A stretch of DNA of 64,000 bases from Candidatus Latescibacterota bacterium. Lineage in GTDB: Bacteria; Latescibacterota; UBA2968; UBA8231. Below are positions 62,746-64,000 of the stretch, piece after piece. The notes under the pieces were generated by a model. That model was not told the origin of the DNA. It ran no database searches and saw only the letters and a list, made by a program, of their open reading frames with translations. The stretch lies in the NCBI GenBank assembly GCA_965223905.1, contig CBDCXV010000010.1, forward strand, positions 352,001-416,000. Direction: 5' to 3'. Position 1 is the stretch's first letter. Every line of letters begins with the position of its first letter. A program made the translations under genes and the position numbers.

Positions 62746-63560
62746 ATGTCTGAAATCGCCGCCTCGGCCAAGGGCCTGCGCCTGAGCCCGGCCCGGATCG
62801 AACAGTTCCACGAGACCGGTTACTTGAAGAACCTGCCCCTGCTCGACCAGGAGGGCATCGCGACGCTGCAGCGGGAGTTCATGGAGCTGGTCGACAGGGT
62901 GCCGGACACGGTCGACATCTACCGCGTGAACAACTGGCACAAGGCGAACCGCTGGTTCTACGAGCTTGGCCGCATCCCCGCCGTTCTCGACTACGTGGAG
63001 GATCTGCTCGGCCCCGACCCCACGACGAATCGACGGTTCCCTGGCACCAGGATGCCAGGTACTGGCCCCTCGAACCGCGGGAAACCGTCACCGTCTGGCT
63101 CGCCGTCTTCGACGCCGATGCGGAAAACGGCTGCATGCGCGTCGTCCCGGGCAGCCATCGCTGGGGCGACCTCGAGCATGTGGATCTGCCGGGACTGAAC
63201 TGGACCACCGGCTCGGCCGAGGAGATGAGGAAGAGCAAGTACGTCCTCTGGAAGCAGGTCGACCTCGAAAGCTTCGACCCTGAGGACGCCGTCGACATCG
63301 ATCTCGCGCCAGGAGAGATCTCGCTTCACGACGACGACCTCATCCACGGCTCCGCGGGCAACCCCTCCTCCCGCATGCGCGCCGGCATCACCCTGCGCTA
63401 TTCCCCGACCCGGGTGAAATGCGATTCAGGGGTGTGGCCGACGTTCGAAGCCTATCCCGCCCGCGGCACCGACCGCTTCGGACACAACCCGGTCGGCAAG
63501 GTGCCCTCGGGGAACGGCTGGCCGACGCAGTTCAACCAGAGCTCGTCCGACTTCGAGTGA
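62746..63560 (+). pseudogene. PhyH family dioxygenase with a short frameshifting deletion near 63020
   Basis: LLGPD joins PHDESTVPWHQD in another frame; the usual intervening strand is missing. Confidence 0.75.
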
Positions 63561-64000
63561 TCGTCCCCGGCTTGTCTCTGTCGGCGGTGTCGGCCGCTCG
63601 GGAACAACCCGGCCGGAAAGGGGAGGAACGGCTGACGGACCGGGTTCAACAAGGGTTCCCGGGGGAAGGGGGGAGCAGTCCTTTCAGCCGAAATCCCCTG
63701 ACCCGAAGCGACTGCTCCCGGAACTCGCTTCAGTCGCGGGGGCCGGAGAACAAGCACTCGACCGGCATCGGGGGGATGGGGCGAAGCGGTCGATTCAAGT
63801 GGTGCTTCCCTGCGGGGAAGCGGCTGTTTTTCGGGGATCTCTCAGTCGTCGAGCCCCGTAAACAGGCAGTCGACCGGCATCGGCGGGAAGCTCCCCCTCA
63901 GGCCCCCGAGAGCGAAATGCTCCACAGCCATCATCTGCGGCCTCTTCTCGACCTCGGCGCGCGCGCGCTCCCCGGTGCCGAACTGCGAGGCATGGGCGCA

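Noticed and set aside
63560-64000. Repeated TCGACCGGCATCGG and possible ncRNA
   Set aside because: Only two short copies in GC-rich DNA at the window edge, with no supporting structure.

Overview
GC-rich bacterial DNA. The many PhyH dioxygenases, Gfo/Idh/MocA oxidoreductases, a DUF6785-like membrane protein and an orphan FlgD-type tail suggest Latescibacterota or a similar lineage (inference only). The main feature spans ~1.8-34.1 kb: nine same-orientation pieces of one IS91/ISCR-type HUH rolling-circle element, interleaved with unrelated and often truncated host genes. Six pieces keep the same oriIS-like end (AA|GTATAGGT); only 6781-8482 is near full length. One ori+partial-transposase+cargo unit is duplicated (1352 bp, offset 3148) into a new site with no target duplication, which looks like Helitron-style gene capture. 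Also present: two ISKra4-family IS with inverted repeats and 8-bp target duplications, an IPCT-DIPPS-HAD triple fusion, a secreted DM9/Cys-repeat protein with a paralog at the window start, three toxin-antitoxin loci, and a BrnA'::SNF2 helicase fusion next to an IS-disrupted Hsp70/actin-like ATPase. Frameshifts are frequent and may be decay or read errors. No rRNA, tRNA or CRISPR array was recognised.
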